Virus record (IMG/VR): IMGVR_UViG_3300045256_000273
Location: 1-57,658 of that record
Strand: one strand, 5' to 3'
From: a virus
Taxonomy: Duplodnaviria > Caudoviricetes
DNA length: 57,658 nt
The notes below the pieces were generated by a model. It ran no database searches, was not told where the DNA came from, and was given only the letters and a program-made list of their open reading frames with translations. Shown piece after piece: positions 38,025 through 46,874 of this stretch. Both the position numbers and the translations under genes were made by a program. The first letter of the stretch is position 1. Every line of letters begins with the position of its first letter.

Positions 38025-39157
38025 TGACCCCCTTGCGGCTGCGCCTCAAGGTACATCTGGCTCGAAAACTCAACTGCGCCGTTCGTACGCGTAAGCTGAA
38101 GTTGCAGGTAGTAGCGTCCTGTGTACGGAAACCAGCCGCTGCCGCTCGTGCAGTAGGCGTAATAGCCGTCGGGCGCGAGCGTCAGGTCTTGGCTTTGGGT
38201 CGTGCCGTCCGGCCGCGTCAGCAGTAGCTTGATCTGGCTGTAGAGTGCGGTTGAAAAGAGCGACCGCGGCCCCGCCTTGTGCGCCGGCCAGACTCGAAGC
38301 AGATAGCCGACGCTATTCGCGATGACTCGCGGCTCCTGCGAGTACACATAGCCGTACTCGGCGGGGTTCAGATCGAGCGAGGTGTAAAGATCGATAGTCT
38401 GATTGGGGATGTAACCGTTGTCCGGCCACAACGAAAGCGCGTGCGTGACGAGAGGCGTCTGGATGGTCGTGCCGGTCCAATCCGCGCCGGTTTGCAGCCC
38501 CGATGACACCACCGATATGTCGGCGAGCGCAATCGCGATTCCGCTGCCGTTGGCCGTCTGGAGTCGCGAAGTATAACCCGTTGGCACCGTCAGGCTCGCC
38601 CAGCCGGGCGTCGCCAGCACTGCCAGTTCGAAATCCGCAACGTTCGCAAAGAGGTCGGGCACGACCGCCGATGACACGGGATTGAACGGGCCCGCCGTCT
38701 CGGTTTGCTGCGACGCGCTGAACGACAGCGTTAGCGGCGGCAGATTCAGCAGCGAATGATTTCGAATGGCAACCGCCTGGCTGACATTCTCGTAAGCTGC
38801 GGTCAGCGCAACGCCCGCAATCGACCCCGGCGCGGCGCCGATGACAGCCGTTGGCGCGCTCAGCACCGGAAAGACGTAAGGCGGGTCGTCCGCCGGCGTC
38901 ACGAAATGCGTAAACACCGCATACGAGATGCTGATCGGTGCGGGATTCTGTGCTGCCGCCAGCGTGGAATCGACCGTCGAGAAGGCGTCAACCTGATTCC
39001 AGCCGGGCGACGACCAGATGCCGCCCGCGCTCGGCGCTGCGAACACCGCAATGAGAAAGTCGCCAACCTGCACGCCGGCGGGCTGGTCGATCTTCCAGAA
39101 ATTTTGCGCCGTGTTGAAATCCGCCTCGACGGCGCTGCGGAACGCGATAGTCGCCAT
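38021..39157 (-). CDS. tail-associated beta-sandwich protein
   Basis: PAGVQVGDFLIA and VPTGYT motifs; C-terminal TRPDGT..GRYYLQLQ. Confidence 0.55.
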   Translation of the reverse strand: MATIAFRSAVEADFNTAQNFWKIDQPAGVQVGDFLIAVFAAPSAGGIWSSPGWNQVDAFSTVDSTLAAAQNPAPISISYAVFTHFVTPADDPPYVFPVLSAPTAVIGAAPGSIAGVALTAAYENVSQAVAIRNHSLLNLPPLTLSFSASQQTETAGPFNPVSSAVVPDLFANVADFELAVLATPGWASLTVPTGYTSRLQTANGSGIAIALADISVVSSGLQTGADWTGTTIQTPLVTHALSLWPDNGYIPNQTIDLYTSLDLNPAEYGYVYSQEPRVIANSVGYLLRVWPAHKAGPRSLFSTALYSQIKLLLTRPDGTTQSQDLTLAPDGYYAYCTSGSGWFPYTGRYYLQLQLTRTNGAVEFSSQMYLEAQPQGGQ

Positions 39158-40077
39158 CAGAGAATCCGCGCGCCCGGCGGCCCTTCAAAGTCGATCTGCT
39201 GGATGATTTCGTAGCCGGGACGATAGTTCTGTCCCTGCTTTTGGCCCTGCCGTTCGATGTCGTCGTTGATCGCGCGCTGCCGCTCCTCCTGGTAACGCTT
39301 GTCGGCGGCCTGCGCGGCGTTCATCCAATTGGCGCTCCCCTGCGAAGCGTACAGCGCCAGATAGCACAAGCTGAGCGCCTTGTTTTCGAGGACACTGACG
39401 GGAATCTGCGGCCAGTCGTTATCGGCGACGAGCGGCTTGAACCGCTCGCGATACTCGATCACGAAGGACTGCACGCCGCCGGGGCGCAACCAGAGCTCCA
39501 GCCTGACGTTGCCTTGGTTGTCGTATCCGCCGATGGCCCATGCGACCGAAGGCGTTGAAGTGCCGGCGAGCCGCGCGGGATCGAGTAGGTGCAGCATGAA
39601 GCGCGACACCGGCAGCACTGGCAGGATTTGCCGAACTAGGTAAACCTGCGCGCCGCCCGGAACGGAATAAAACTGCGGACGCAGATCGAAATTGACGTTG
39701 CTTTGCGACACGTCGCCCCACGGCTCGCTAAGCTCAAGCTCGGTCGGCGACACGAAACGCTCGACGTTGAGCGGCATATACTGCGAGCCCAGCATGACAA
39801 CCCAGTTCTCAGGCGGGCAGTAGTCCGGCAGGCTGTCGGGCATCGGAAAATTCGTCTCGTAGCCAACGACGGTCTTCGAGCCGTTCGTCAGGCTGACGAC
39901 GCCATTGACGTTATCGGGAATGCCCCAGATGACGCCGGTCTTGAACAGGGCCGACCACTGCCACGACTCGATTTCTTCCTCGAGCGCCTGGTTGACGAGC
40001 GTGCCGATGTCCGCGTCCGCAAGCTGCCCCATCGTTAGGACTTTGAGGCGATTTCGGACTTGCTTAAAGGTCGGCAT
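39157..40077 (-). CDS. head-tail adaptor protein
   Basis: helical N- and C-termini (WQWSAL, LVADNDWPQIP) with beta insert GVVSLTNGSKTVVG. Confidence 0.7.
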   Translation of the reverse strand: MPTFKQVRNRLKVLTMGQLADADIGTLVNQALEEEIESWQWSALFKTGVIWGIPDNVNGVVSLTNGSKTVVGYETNFPMPDSLPDYCPPENWVVMLGSQYMPLNVERFVSPTELELSEPWGDVSQSNVNFDLRPQFYSVPGGAQVYLVRQILPVLPVSRFMLHLLDPARLAGTSTPSVAWAIGGYDNQGNVRLELWLRPGGVQSFVIEYRERFKPLVADNDWPQIPVSVLENKALSLCYLALYASQGSANWMNAAQAADKRYQEERQRAINDDIERQGQKQGQNYRPGYEIIQQIDFEGPPGARIL

Positions 40078-40086
40078 TGTTCTCCC

Positions 40087-40584
40087 CTAGAACGGCACGC
40101 AAGTCGTGATTTCCGCGGGCGCTTGAGCGCCCACGCCGGGGTCGTACGCGCGAACCTGATTGCAGACCAGCCGAGAGACTGGCGACCCGAAGCACACGTG
40201 AAACTCGCGATGCGAAGACGGCGCGGCGGGCGCGAAGGAGCAATCGCGTCCGTCTGACATATCGCACGTTGCGCGAGAAACGCTTTCGTACTGAAGAGTC
40301 AGATAGTATTCGTCGGCCGCCCCCGCCGGCGTGAGATAGCCCGCACCGCGGCCTTGCACAAAGATATTGCCACGCTGCCCGAGAATTTGGCCGTCGTAGG
40401 TGGCGTCGAACGTCAGCGTGAGGTCGTCGTTAACGACCAGACGCTCGACCTTGGAATGCTGCCCGATATACGGTGCTTCGGGGTACGAACGCTGTCCCCA
40501 GACTTGGCAAACAAGCCGAGTTGCCGCCGCAGCCGTCGGAGCGAGCCCGAGGACGAACGATAGGGCTAGCGCGACGCGCCTCAT
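40087..40584 (-). CDS. exported Cys-rich protein
   Basis: MRRVALALSFVLGLAPTAAA leader; 6 Cys; TGATG coupling. Confidence 0.65.
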   Translation of the reverse strand: MRRVALALSFVLGLAPTAAAATRLVCQVWGQRSYPEAPYIGQHSKVERLVVNDDLTLTFDATYDGQILGQRGNIFVQGRGAGYLTPAGAADEYYLTLQYESVSRATCDMSDGRDCSFAPAAPSSHREFHVCFGSPVSRLVCNQVRAYDPGVGAQAPAEITTCVPF

Positions 40585-42524
40585 CACGACGCCCCGTTCG
40601 GCACTCGGTAGCCCTGCACTTGCAGCCACAGCGCCTGCCCGGTCGTATTTGTCGTTCCTAAGTCCCACTTGTAGTACGGACCGCCGGAAATGTACGGCAG
40701 CTCGATCCACCCCGAAGTTCCGCCCGCATTCGCGTTCGAGATCGCGGCAACGCGAATGTTGAAGAATGCCGTCGAGACGTTCAGCGTGCCGCTTACCAAG
40801 GCGATATAGACGGCCATGTCGCCGCCGGTCGTCCCCGGCGTCCAAAGCGCTCCGTAGAACAGCTCGTATTGCGTGGCCGTCGAGGGCACGAAGGATGCGA
40901 TCGGGACGTTCGTCGAAGTCGTCGCGGAACCGGCGTTCAGTAGCGCCTGGTTCTGCTGGTAGTACACCGTGTTGCCGCGAACGTACATTGACAGGAGATT
41001 GCCGGAGCCGTCCGTCAAAAACGTGCCGAGGTAGGCCCAAGCGGTGTAGTTCGTCGGCAGCGTCGGCCCGGTCGGCGGCGCCGTCAGGGACGCCAGCAGC
41101 GCGGCCGGCTGCCCGCTGCCCGTAATCGCGTACAGGTGAAAAAAGACGTTGTTCCCGAAGGCCGCCGCCTGATCGCGACCGTTCGCTTGCGAGCCCGTTT
41201 GCGCGCCCACGACGAGGTCGTTTGCGCTGAACGAAGTAGTCAGCGTCGCGACCTTAGTGGTGGGATTGATCGTGATGACCCGGTCCGCCGTCACGTCAAA
41301 TGTGGTCGTCGGATTCGTGCCATCGTTCGCACCTTGCAGATTTACCGATCCGTAACTCAACGGCGGCGCGGCCCAAGACGTTACCCCCGAGCCATCAGTT
41401 TGAAGCATTTGGCCGCTACTGCCGTTCGTCGTCGGAAATTCAAACGTGGGAGTCCCCGCCGCAGCGGGCACCGTCAAGGTCGCCTGCCCCGAGCTCGACC
41501 CGGGGAGCACGATCTGCGGCGTGTTCACTTGCGCTGAGGCCGTAATCGTCGTACCGGATATGCGTCCGGCGCTTATCTGTCCGGTCGTATTGATGGTCGG
41601 CGGCGCGGCCCCTGGCGCTGCGGACCCGGTATCCTTGTAGGTCGCGGTCCCGACGGTCGCGAGCAACCCGAGCGACCCCGCAACCCGCCCGTACACGTTA
41701 TACCCGCCGTGGCACGCGGAGTTCCCCGTCCACGTCAACGTGTTAAAGTTGCTCGCCGAAAGGCTGGCCGCATTCGTGACCGTCTGGCTCGCTGACGGTA
41801 CGGACTCCCCCTCGTCCCCGACACAAGTGATCTCGTAGGTGTAAGTCGTGGTGCAGGTGCCCGTACACGTTCCGCCCGCCGAAAGCGCCGGCGCGGTCAA
41901 CACGCTCAAATCGAGCTGGTTGATGTTGATCCCGCTCCAATTGTTGAAGTTGAGCGTGTTCGTGATGGCGAGATTGCCGGGCGGCCCCGAGCTCACCAAC
42001 CAGTCGCCTAGCGTCGCGTCAACCAGCGTCGCTGCCGCGTTCTGGATGTTCAGCGCGAAGCTTGAGCCGCCGTTAATCTTGTCCGAGCCCGCCGGCGTGA
42101 TCGTGCAGGCGTTCGACGTGCTGTCGGTCTTAAAGACGTAAATAGTAACGCCCAGTCCGCCGGACGCCGGCAAATCGACCGCGATCGGTCCGGTGGCCGC
42201 GTTGCAATCGACGATGGCCGACGTGACCGCACAGGGCGAGGTCGTGCAGGTCTGCGCCGTCAGATGCGTGCCGATGATGTGGAAAATCCCCGGCGACACC
42301 AAGCTTACGTCGCCGGTCGGCACCAACAGCGAATAGCTGAACTGAGTGTTGCCGAAAGGTATCGTCTCGTACGGCGGATTCGCCAGAGACGTAAGCGAGT
42401 TGAGAAGCTGATTGTTGGCTTGGTAGGTCGAAGTGCCGGTGGACGGCGGCGACTGCGCGCGCACGCCCCACGCCAGCAAGGCGAGCGCCAGAACCGTCGT
42501 CGCAGTCAGGATGAGTTTCTTCAT
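40584..42524 (-). CDS. tail-fibre-like protein with signal peptide
   Basis: MKKLILTATTVLALALLAWGVRA leader; LPASGG..FKTDS, GQMLQTDGSGVTSW, PTLPTNYT fibre motifs. Confidence 0.75.
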   Translation of the reverse strand: MKKLILTATTVLALALLAWGVRAQSPPSTGTSTYQANNQLLNSLTSLANPPYETIPFGNTQFSYSLLVPTGDVSLVSPGIFHIIGTHLTAQTCTTSPCAVTSAIVDCNAATGPIAVDLPASGGLGVTIYVFKTDSTSNACTITPAGSDKINGGSSFALNIQNAAATLVDATLGDWLVSSGPPGNLAITNTLNFNNWSGININQLDLSVLTAPALSAGGTCTGTCTTTYTYEITCVGDEGESVPSASQTVTNAASLSASNFNTLTWTGNSACHGGYNVYGRVAGSLGLLATVGTATYKDTGSAAPGAAPPTINTTGQISAGRISGTTITASAQVNTPQIVLPGSSSGQATLTVPAAAGTPTFEFPTTNGSSGQMLQTDGSGVTSWAAPPLSYGSVNLQGANDGTNPTTTFDVTADRVITINPTTKVATLTTSFSANDLVVGAQTGSQANGRDQAAAFGNNVFFHLYAITGSGQPAALLASLTAPPTGPTLPTNYTAWAYLGTFLTDGSGNLLSMYVRGNTVYYQQNQALLNAGSATTSTNVPIASFVPSTATQYELFYGALWTPGTTGGDMAVYIALVSGTLNVSTAFFNIRVAAISNANAGGTSGWIELPYISGGPYYKWDLGTTNTTGQALWLQVQGYRVPNGAS

Positions 42525-42530
42525 CGCTTT

Positions 42531-42572
42531 AAAAAAATGCCCCCAGGCCGGGAGGAACGTCAGCCTGGGGGC
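42531..42572 (-). terminator. intrinsic terminator after the head genes
   Basis: CCCCAGGC stem with T7 tail on the minus strand. Confidence 0.6.
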
Positions 42573-42632
42573 CGGTCGCGCCTGCCCCGTAAACACGACG
42601 CAAGGCGTTAGTGACCTGTAGCCGCAGCGCGA

Positions 42633-42710
42633 CTACATCTCCCGCTTCTTGCCACGGTGACGACGCCGTCCGCCGTGATGACGACGGGCCTTATGACTCC
42701 TGCGCGCCAT
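42633..42710 (-). CDS. 25-aa protamine-like peptide (not in ORF track)
   Basis: MARRSHKARRHHGGRRRHRGKKREM with AAGGAGGT SD. Confidence 0.6.
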   Translation of the reverse strand: MARRSHKARRHHGGRRRHRGKKREM

Positions 42711-43506
42711 TTGCGACCTCCTTTTTCGGATTCTCGAATCTGACCATCTGCATCGAGCCATCGACGCCGGTGATCAGAAATTCGCTCTTGGCTGTGTTCT
42801 GCTCGTCGATGTCCCAGCCCCACTCGTTCTTGCTGTTCCAGACGTGCGCGCCGAAGTGGTTGATCTCGACCGCGCGCGTCGCGAACACGCGGAGTCCGAG
42901 CGCGTGGCACTGCCGCGCGAAATTCCAGTCCTCGGGCTCGCAGCTCGGCTTCCACTCGCCGTTTTCGTCGGCGTAAATCTCGTCGTTGATGTGGAAACAG
43001 ACTTTCTCGACCCAAGGCTTTCGGAAATCCACGAGCATCAGTCCGGTATTCGTCAGGAGCTGGTCGCAAGTCCAGGTGACGGGCAGCGTCTTGGCCTGCT
43101 TCTGCGTGATGCGGACCGGATGCCACTTGTTCGTGTCGAGCGCGGTCGAAGTCACGCCGCGGGCATCCTTGATTGGCACGATGGCCGAAAGCACATCGGC
43201 CTGCGCCTTCTCCATCTCGCCCAACATGATGTCGATCCAGGGCGGATCCATGTTTTCGGGTTTGATGTCGGCGTGCATCAGCAGGAAATGCGTCAGGCCG
43301 GCCTTACGCGCGTTCAGCCCCCAACACCAGCAGGTGTTAAACGACGCCGTAAGGATCGAGCCCGTCATCTCGAAGAACGCGACGCCCTTGAGCCGCTTCG
43401 ACTGGCTGAGCTTGAGGAGCGCGCCGCCGCTGACGTGGCCCGGACCGTAGCTCGGCACCGCAATGCCGAGAACGACGTTTTTCTGATCGTCGTGCGCTTC
43501 TACCAT
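42691..43506 (-). CDS. glycosyltransferase-like (GT-A fold) protein
   Basis: IAVPSYG, THFLLMHADI, TGLMLV, EDWNFARQC, INH motifs. Confidence 0.7.
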   Translation of the reverse strand: MVEAHDDQKNVVLGIAVPSYGPGHVSGGALLKLSQSKRLKGVAFFEMTGSILTASFNTCWCWGLNARKAGLTHFLLMHADIKPENMDPPWIDIMLGEMEKAQADVLSAIVPIKDARGVTSTALDTNKWHPVRITQKQAKTLPVTWTCDQLLTNTGLMLVDFRKPWVEKVCFHINDEIYADENGEWKPSCEPEDWNFARQCHALGLRVFATRAVEINHFGAHVWNSKNEWGWDIDEQNTAKSEFLITGVDGSMQMVRFENPKKEVANGAQES

Positions 43507-43862
43507 CCGATCGCCATGAATTGCGCGGTGTACGCCGACAGGTCCGTGTTGTTAGCGACCTGCGGGAATGCCGCCCCGCTCGTATTGGAGCTGCCGAACG
43601 CGAGAATCGCGCCGTTCGCCGCACCGCCGGTAGCATTCGGATACGCGACCGACAGAACGTACGAGTTCGGCGTTCCGTTGACTGCGGTCGGCCCGATGTC
43701 GAGGTAGCTCAGTTCTTCGAGGCCAAATTGGCTGAGCGTGAAAGTGTCGCCGCCCGCCTGATAGTTGCTCGACATCGTGATCGTGCCGAACACGACCTTG
43801 CGCGAGCCGAAGTAATCAACCGGCTCGGTGGTATTCGAGACTGCGACCGTGATCGCGCCCAC
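43500..43862 (-). CDS. putative capsid decoration/accessory protein
   Basis: small beta-rich ORF after the capsid gene. Confidence 0.55.
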   Translation of the reverse strand: MGAITVAVSNTTEPVDYFGSRKVVFGTITMSSNYQAGGDTFTLSQFGLEELSYLDIGPTAVNGTPNSYVLSVAYPNATGGAANGAILAFGSSNTSGAAFPQVANNTDLSAYTAQFMAIGW

Positions 43863-43872
43863 AACGACCCCC

Positions 43873-44151
43873 TTAGAAAATCAGCACGTCCACGCTGGTC
43901 GGCGCGGTCGAAACCCAGAGGTTGAAGTTCACCACTCCGTTGCTCTGGTTGATCGAGGCGTTGTCCGCATACGCAATGGCGCCCGAGGCGTTGTCGTACG
44001 GGAAGCACCAGATGTGCGACGGGGTCCATCCGCCATCCGGCGGAAAATCGCTGACGCTGATTGCGTTCGAGCCGTTCGCCAGTCCGGTGATGTTGTAGAG
44101 ATACCCCACCACCGGGACCGAGTTCTTGAGCAAGGTTGCCGTGATTGCCAT
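43873..44151 (-). CDS. putative capsid accessory protein
   Basis: directly follows the major capsid gene. Confidence 0.55.
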   Translation of the reverse strand: MAITATLLKNSVPVVGYLYNITGLANGSNAISVSDFPPDGGWTPSHIWCFPYDNASGAIAYADNASINQSNGVVNFNLWVSTAPTSVDVLIF

Positions 44152-44166
44152 TGCGGATGCCTCGCG

Positions 44167-45171
44167 TTACGAAACGTTCTGGATGACAGCCTGGAATCGC
44201 GGACCGGTTACGATGAGGTCGCCGTACACGATGAACTGGTCGATGTAGGCGTCCTGGTTGAAGACCGCGAATCCGTCTTTGCCGAGCGTCCGGCCACGAC
44301 GAACGAAATCGTAGCCCTTCATGATCCAGAGCTGGATGAAGTCGGTGTTGAGCAGATAGATGGTGTTGGCCGGACAGTAGTCATCGACCACGACCTCGGC
44401 GCCGTTGAACCGGATAGTGTCGAAGCCGATGTCACGCACCGGACCGGGCTGGTTGCGCTCAGAAGGCTGGGAGCGCGCCCACCACTTCTGCCAGATATCC
44501 AGCGTCGTGATGATGAGGTCCGGCTTGATCTTGCCGAACGTCACGTTCGCCATCGCCTGGTTGACCATCGAGAAGGAAAACGGACCGCCCGTCGAATTGA
44601 CGTAGGCCTTGATGGTGCTGCCGGGGTCGCCCGCCGTGCTGGACCGCGTGATGCCGCCGTAGGTGCCCGACGCCGACACGCCGTTGCCGAGCCCGTCGAA
44701 GTTCTTGCCGTTGTTTCCGGTGCCGTCGCCGAAGAACATGCTGTCGAGCTGGTCGGCCAACGACATCGCGGCGTTCTGCGCGAGCGCGCGATCATACTTG
44801 ATGATCTGCGTGAGCGAACCGGCGTTTTTCGCGAGGTCCAGCGCGTCCACGTTGATCGGCGCGTAGGCCCGCTTCCACTGGAACACCATCGCGGTCAGGA
44901 AGTTGGTGAATCCGGTGTAGAAGGTGTCACCCTTGCCGTAGGAGGCCGCCGGGAACTTGTTGTAGAGGATGTTCGCGCGGATGTACTCGCCGCCGTCGAA
45001 CACGACCGTCGGCTCGCCGGCCGCGCCGTAGTCCTCGTCGCGGAACCGCGAGTACAGCAACCCGATCAACGGAATACGACCGTAGATCGAGTCCACGACC
45101 TCGGGCAGAACCGCATCGAAGGTCGTCGCGAAGACGTCCGATATTGGAAAGTTGTAGGACGGTAGCGCCAT
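44167..45171 (-). CDS. major capsid protein
   Basis: 334 aa; FFGDGTGNNGKNFDGLG, PDLIITT, IYLLNTDFI; follows scaffold. Confidence 0.88.
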   Translation of the reverse strand: MALPSYNFPISDVFATTFDAVLPEVVDSIYGRIPLIGLLYSRFRDEDYGAAGEPTVVFDGGEYIRANILYNKFPAASYGKGDTFYTGFTNFLTAMVFQWKRAYAPINVDALDLAKNAGSLTQIIKYDRALAQNAAMSLADQLDSMFFGDGTGNNGKNFDGLGNGVSASGTYGGITRSSTAGDPGSTIKAYVNSTGGPFSFSMVNQAMANVTFGKIKPDLIITTLDIWQKWWARSQPSERNQPGPVRDIGFDTIRFNGAEVVVDDYCPANTIYLLNTDFIQLWIMKGYDFVRRGRTLGKDGFAVFNQDAYIDQFIVYGDLIVTGPRFQAVIQNVS

Positions 45172-45212
45172 CGTTCAGCTCGCTTTGTGTGGATTCATTT
45201 GACAGATATCCG

Positions 45213-46040
45213 TCAAATTACGGGGATTGACTCCCAAATCCCCGGAAATTTCGCACCGAGCGCTTTGACCAGGCTCGCCACGCTGTCGGCCGGTTTCTGG
45301 GCCGTCAGCGGCAGCGTCCCGGCACTGCGACCGTCGAGGAGGGCTTTCACGCGGCTCTCGTCGTTCTGCTGGGTCTTTTCGGCCAGCTTCGCGGCGACCT
45401 GGCGCTCGACTTCCTCGGCAAGGGTCGCCTCTTTGATTCTCGACTGAACCAGCCTGTCGAGAAGCTGATCGGCGGGCAGCTTCGCGAGGTCTGCGCCCTC
45501 CGCGATCACCTTGTCGAAATCGACGTTTGGATACTTCGACTTGAGATCGAGAACGTGCGCAAAAAGGTTCATCTGGTCGTGAAGCGCCTTCACCGACTGG
45601 TTGAAGCGCGCCTCGTAGCCCTTCGCGACGTCTTCGATCTGCTTCTTGGTCAGGCCGGTGAGTTCGTCGCGCAGCTTGTCGCGTACCGGCGCGAAGATCG
45701 CCTCGTCGGGGTCGTCGGCCGCCGACTGCGTCGCCACCTTGTCGCGCCCGTTTTTGGCGAACCCCTCGTAGGCTTTCCAGTCGGCGTCGTTGAGAACTTT
45801 GAGTTCGCCCTTGGCGACCTTCTCGATGAGCGGCGCGTAGGTCTTACCCCACTTCACCAGCTCCTCGATCTCCTCGGGCTTGCCGTACTTGGAATAGGCG
45901 TCGAGCATCTTGGCGCGAGGCTCGTACTCGCTGCGGAACTTCTCGAACTCGGTCTTGGTGTTGAGGTACTGCTTGGCAATCTCCTCGGGCGACTTGCCCT
46001 TGAGATCGTCCGGCATTACGAAATCGCCGCCCTCGGCCAT
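45213..46040 (-). CDS. scaffolding protein
   Basis: charged helical protein (KGKSPEEIAKQY) directly before the capsid gene. Confidence 0.7.
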   Translation of the reverse strand: MAEGGDFVMPDDLKGKSPEEIAKQYLNTKTEFEKFRSEYEPRAKMLDAYSKYGKPEEIEELVKWGKTYAPLIEKVAKGELKVLNDADWKAYEGFAKNGRDKVATQSAADDPDEAIFAPVRDKLRDELTGLTKKQIEDVAKGYEARFNQSVKALHDQMNLFAHVLDLKSKYPNVDFDKVIAEGADLAKLPADQLLDRLVQSRIKEATLAEEVERQVAAKLAEKTQQNDESRVKALLDGRSAGTLPLTAQKPADSVASLVKALGAKFPGIWESIPVI

Positions 46041-46052
46041 CGTCGCCTCCTC

Positions 46053-46217
46053 CTACTGAGCCTTGAACTTGCGGTGCGTTCGGCGGATCTTCGTGCGCTC
46101 GCCCTCGTTGGGCCGCATCCCGTCGGGATACTTGCGCGCCATCACGCCCTTGACCGCGAAGGTGCCAGCGCGACCCGTGATCCGGCGCTTGTTGCCGCCG
46201 CCTCGTCTCATTGCCAT
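46053..46217 (-). CDS. small Arg/Lys-rich protein
   Basis: MAMRRGGGNKRR..KIRRTHRKFKAQ; TAATG coupling. Confidence 0.6.
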   Translation of the reverse strand: MAMRRGGGNKRRITGRAGTFAVKGVMARKYPDGMRPNEGERTKIRRTHRKFKAQ

Positions 46218-46615
46218 TAGAGAGCTCCTTCGCCCCGCCCGGTCGCCGAATACAGCTTTGCGAGCAGCGCGAGAAATCCAGGGTTTGCATCGCCAAGCAG
46301 CGCGGGCGTTCCGCCAGCGCCGCCAACCGGAAGGCCCGGTGCTCCGCGAGAAGCACCAAGCATCGAAAGAAGTCCCTGCGCCTGAGAGGGCGGCTTCTTG
46401 TCGCCGCTCTTTTCGGGCCGCAGGTCTTTTACCGCCTTCGCGAAATTGTGGAAGCCGAGGCCAGCCAGAAACAGCATGATGGACTGCCCCATGCCGCCGC
46501 CAGGCTTCTGCGGGGGACGCATCATCGCGAGCGCCGCAGAAGGGGGAGGAGCGGGCGACGGGGGGGCGCCCGCTCCCATTGGAGGAATCCCGCTGGCCGG
46601 AGGCATCGCTGCCAT
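46217..46615 (-). CDS. Pro/Gly-rich hypothetical protein
   Basis: ORF between portal and scaffold. Confidence 0.55.
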   Translation of the reverse strand: MAAMPPASGIPPMGAGAPPSPAPPPSAALAMMRPPQKPGGGMGQSIMLFLAGLGFHNFAKAVKDLRPEKSGDKKPPSQAQGLLSMLGASRGAPGLPVGGAGGTPALLGDANPGFLALLAKLYSATGRGEGAL

Positions 46616-46697
46616 GCCTCAAGCTTTGCGGGAAAAATCACTATCGCCGCAATAGCGGACTTGACAATCTTCGGTAAAACAACGTAATTACTTGCTC

Positions 46698-46874
46698 ATG
46701 CGGGGAAGTCAACGACAGGAACGGTATCTGTCGGCAAAAGAGGTCGGCGCAATCATCGGCCTTAACGAGGATACTGTCTGCCGACTGCTGAAGTGCGGAA
46801 AGCTGAAGGGCGCGAAAATCGGACGGTCGTGGAGAGTCAGACCGAGCGACATCGACAGGATGTTCGAGCGGTAA
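46698..46874 (+). CDS. excisionase-type HTH DNA-binding protein
   Basis: YLSAKEVGAIIGLNEDTVCRLLKCGKLKGAKIGRSWRV. Confidence 0.85.
   Translation: MRGSQRQERYLSAKEVGAIIGLNEDTVCRLLKCGKLKGAKIGRSWRVRPSDIDRMFER

Noticed and set aside
25268-42524. diversity-generating retroelement or invertible fibre cassette
   Set aside because: No reverse transcriptase, invertase or TR/VR pair seen
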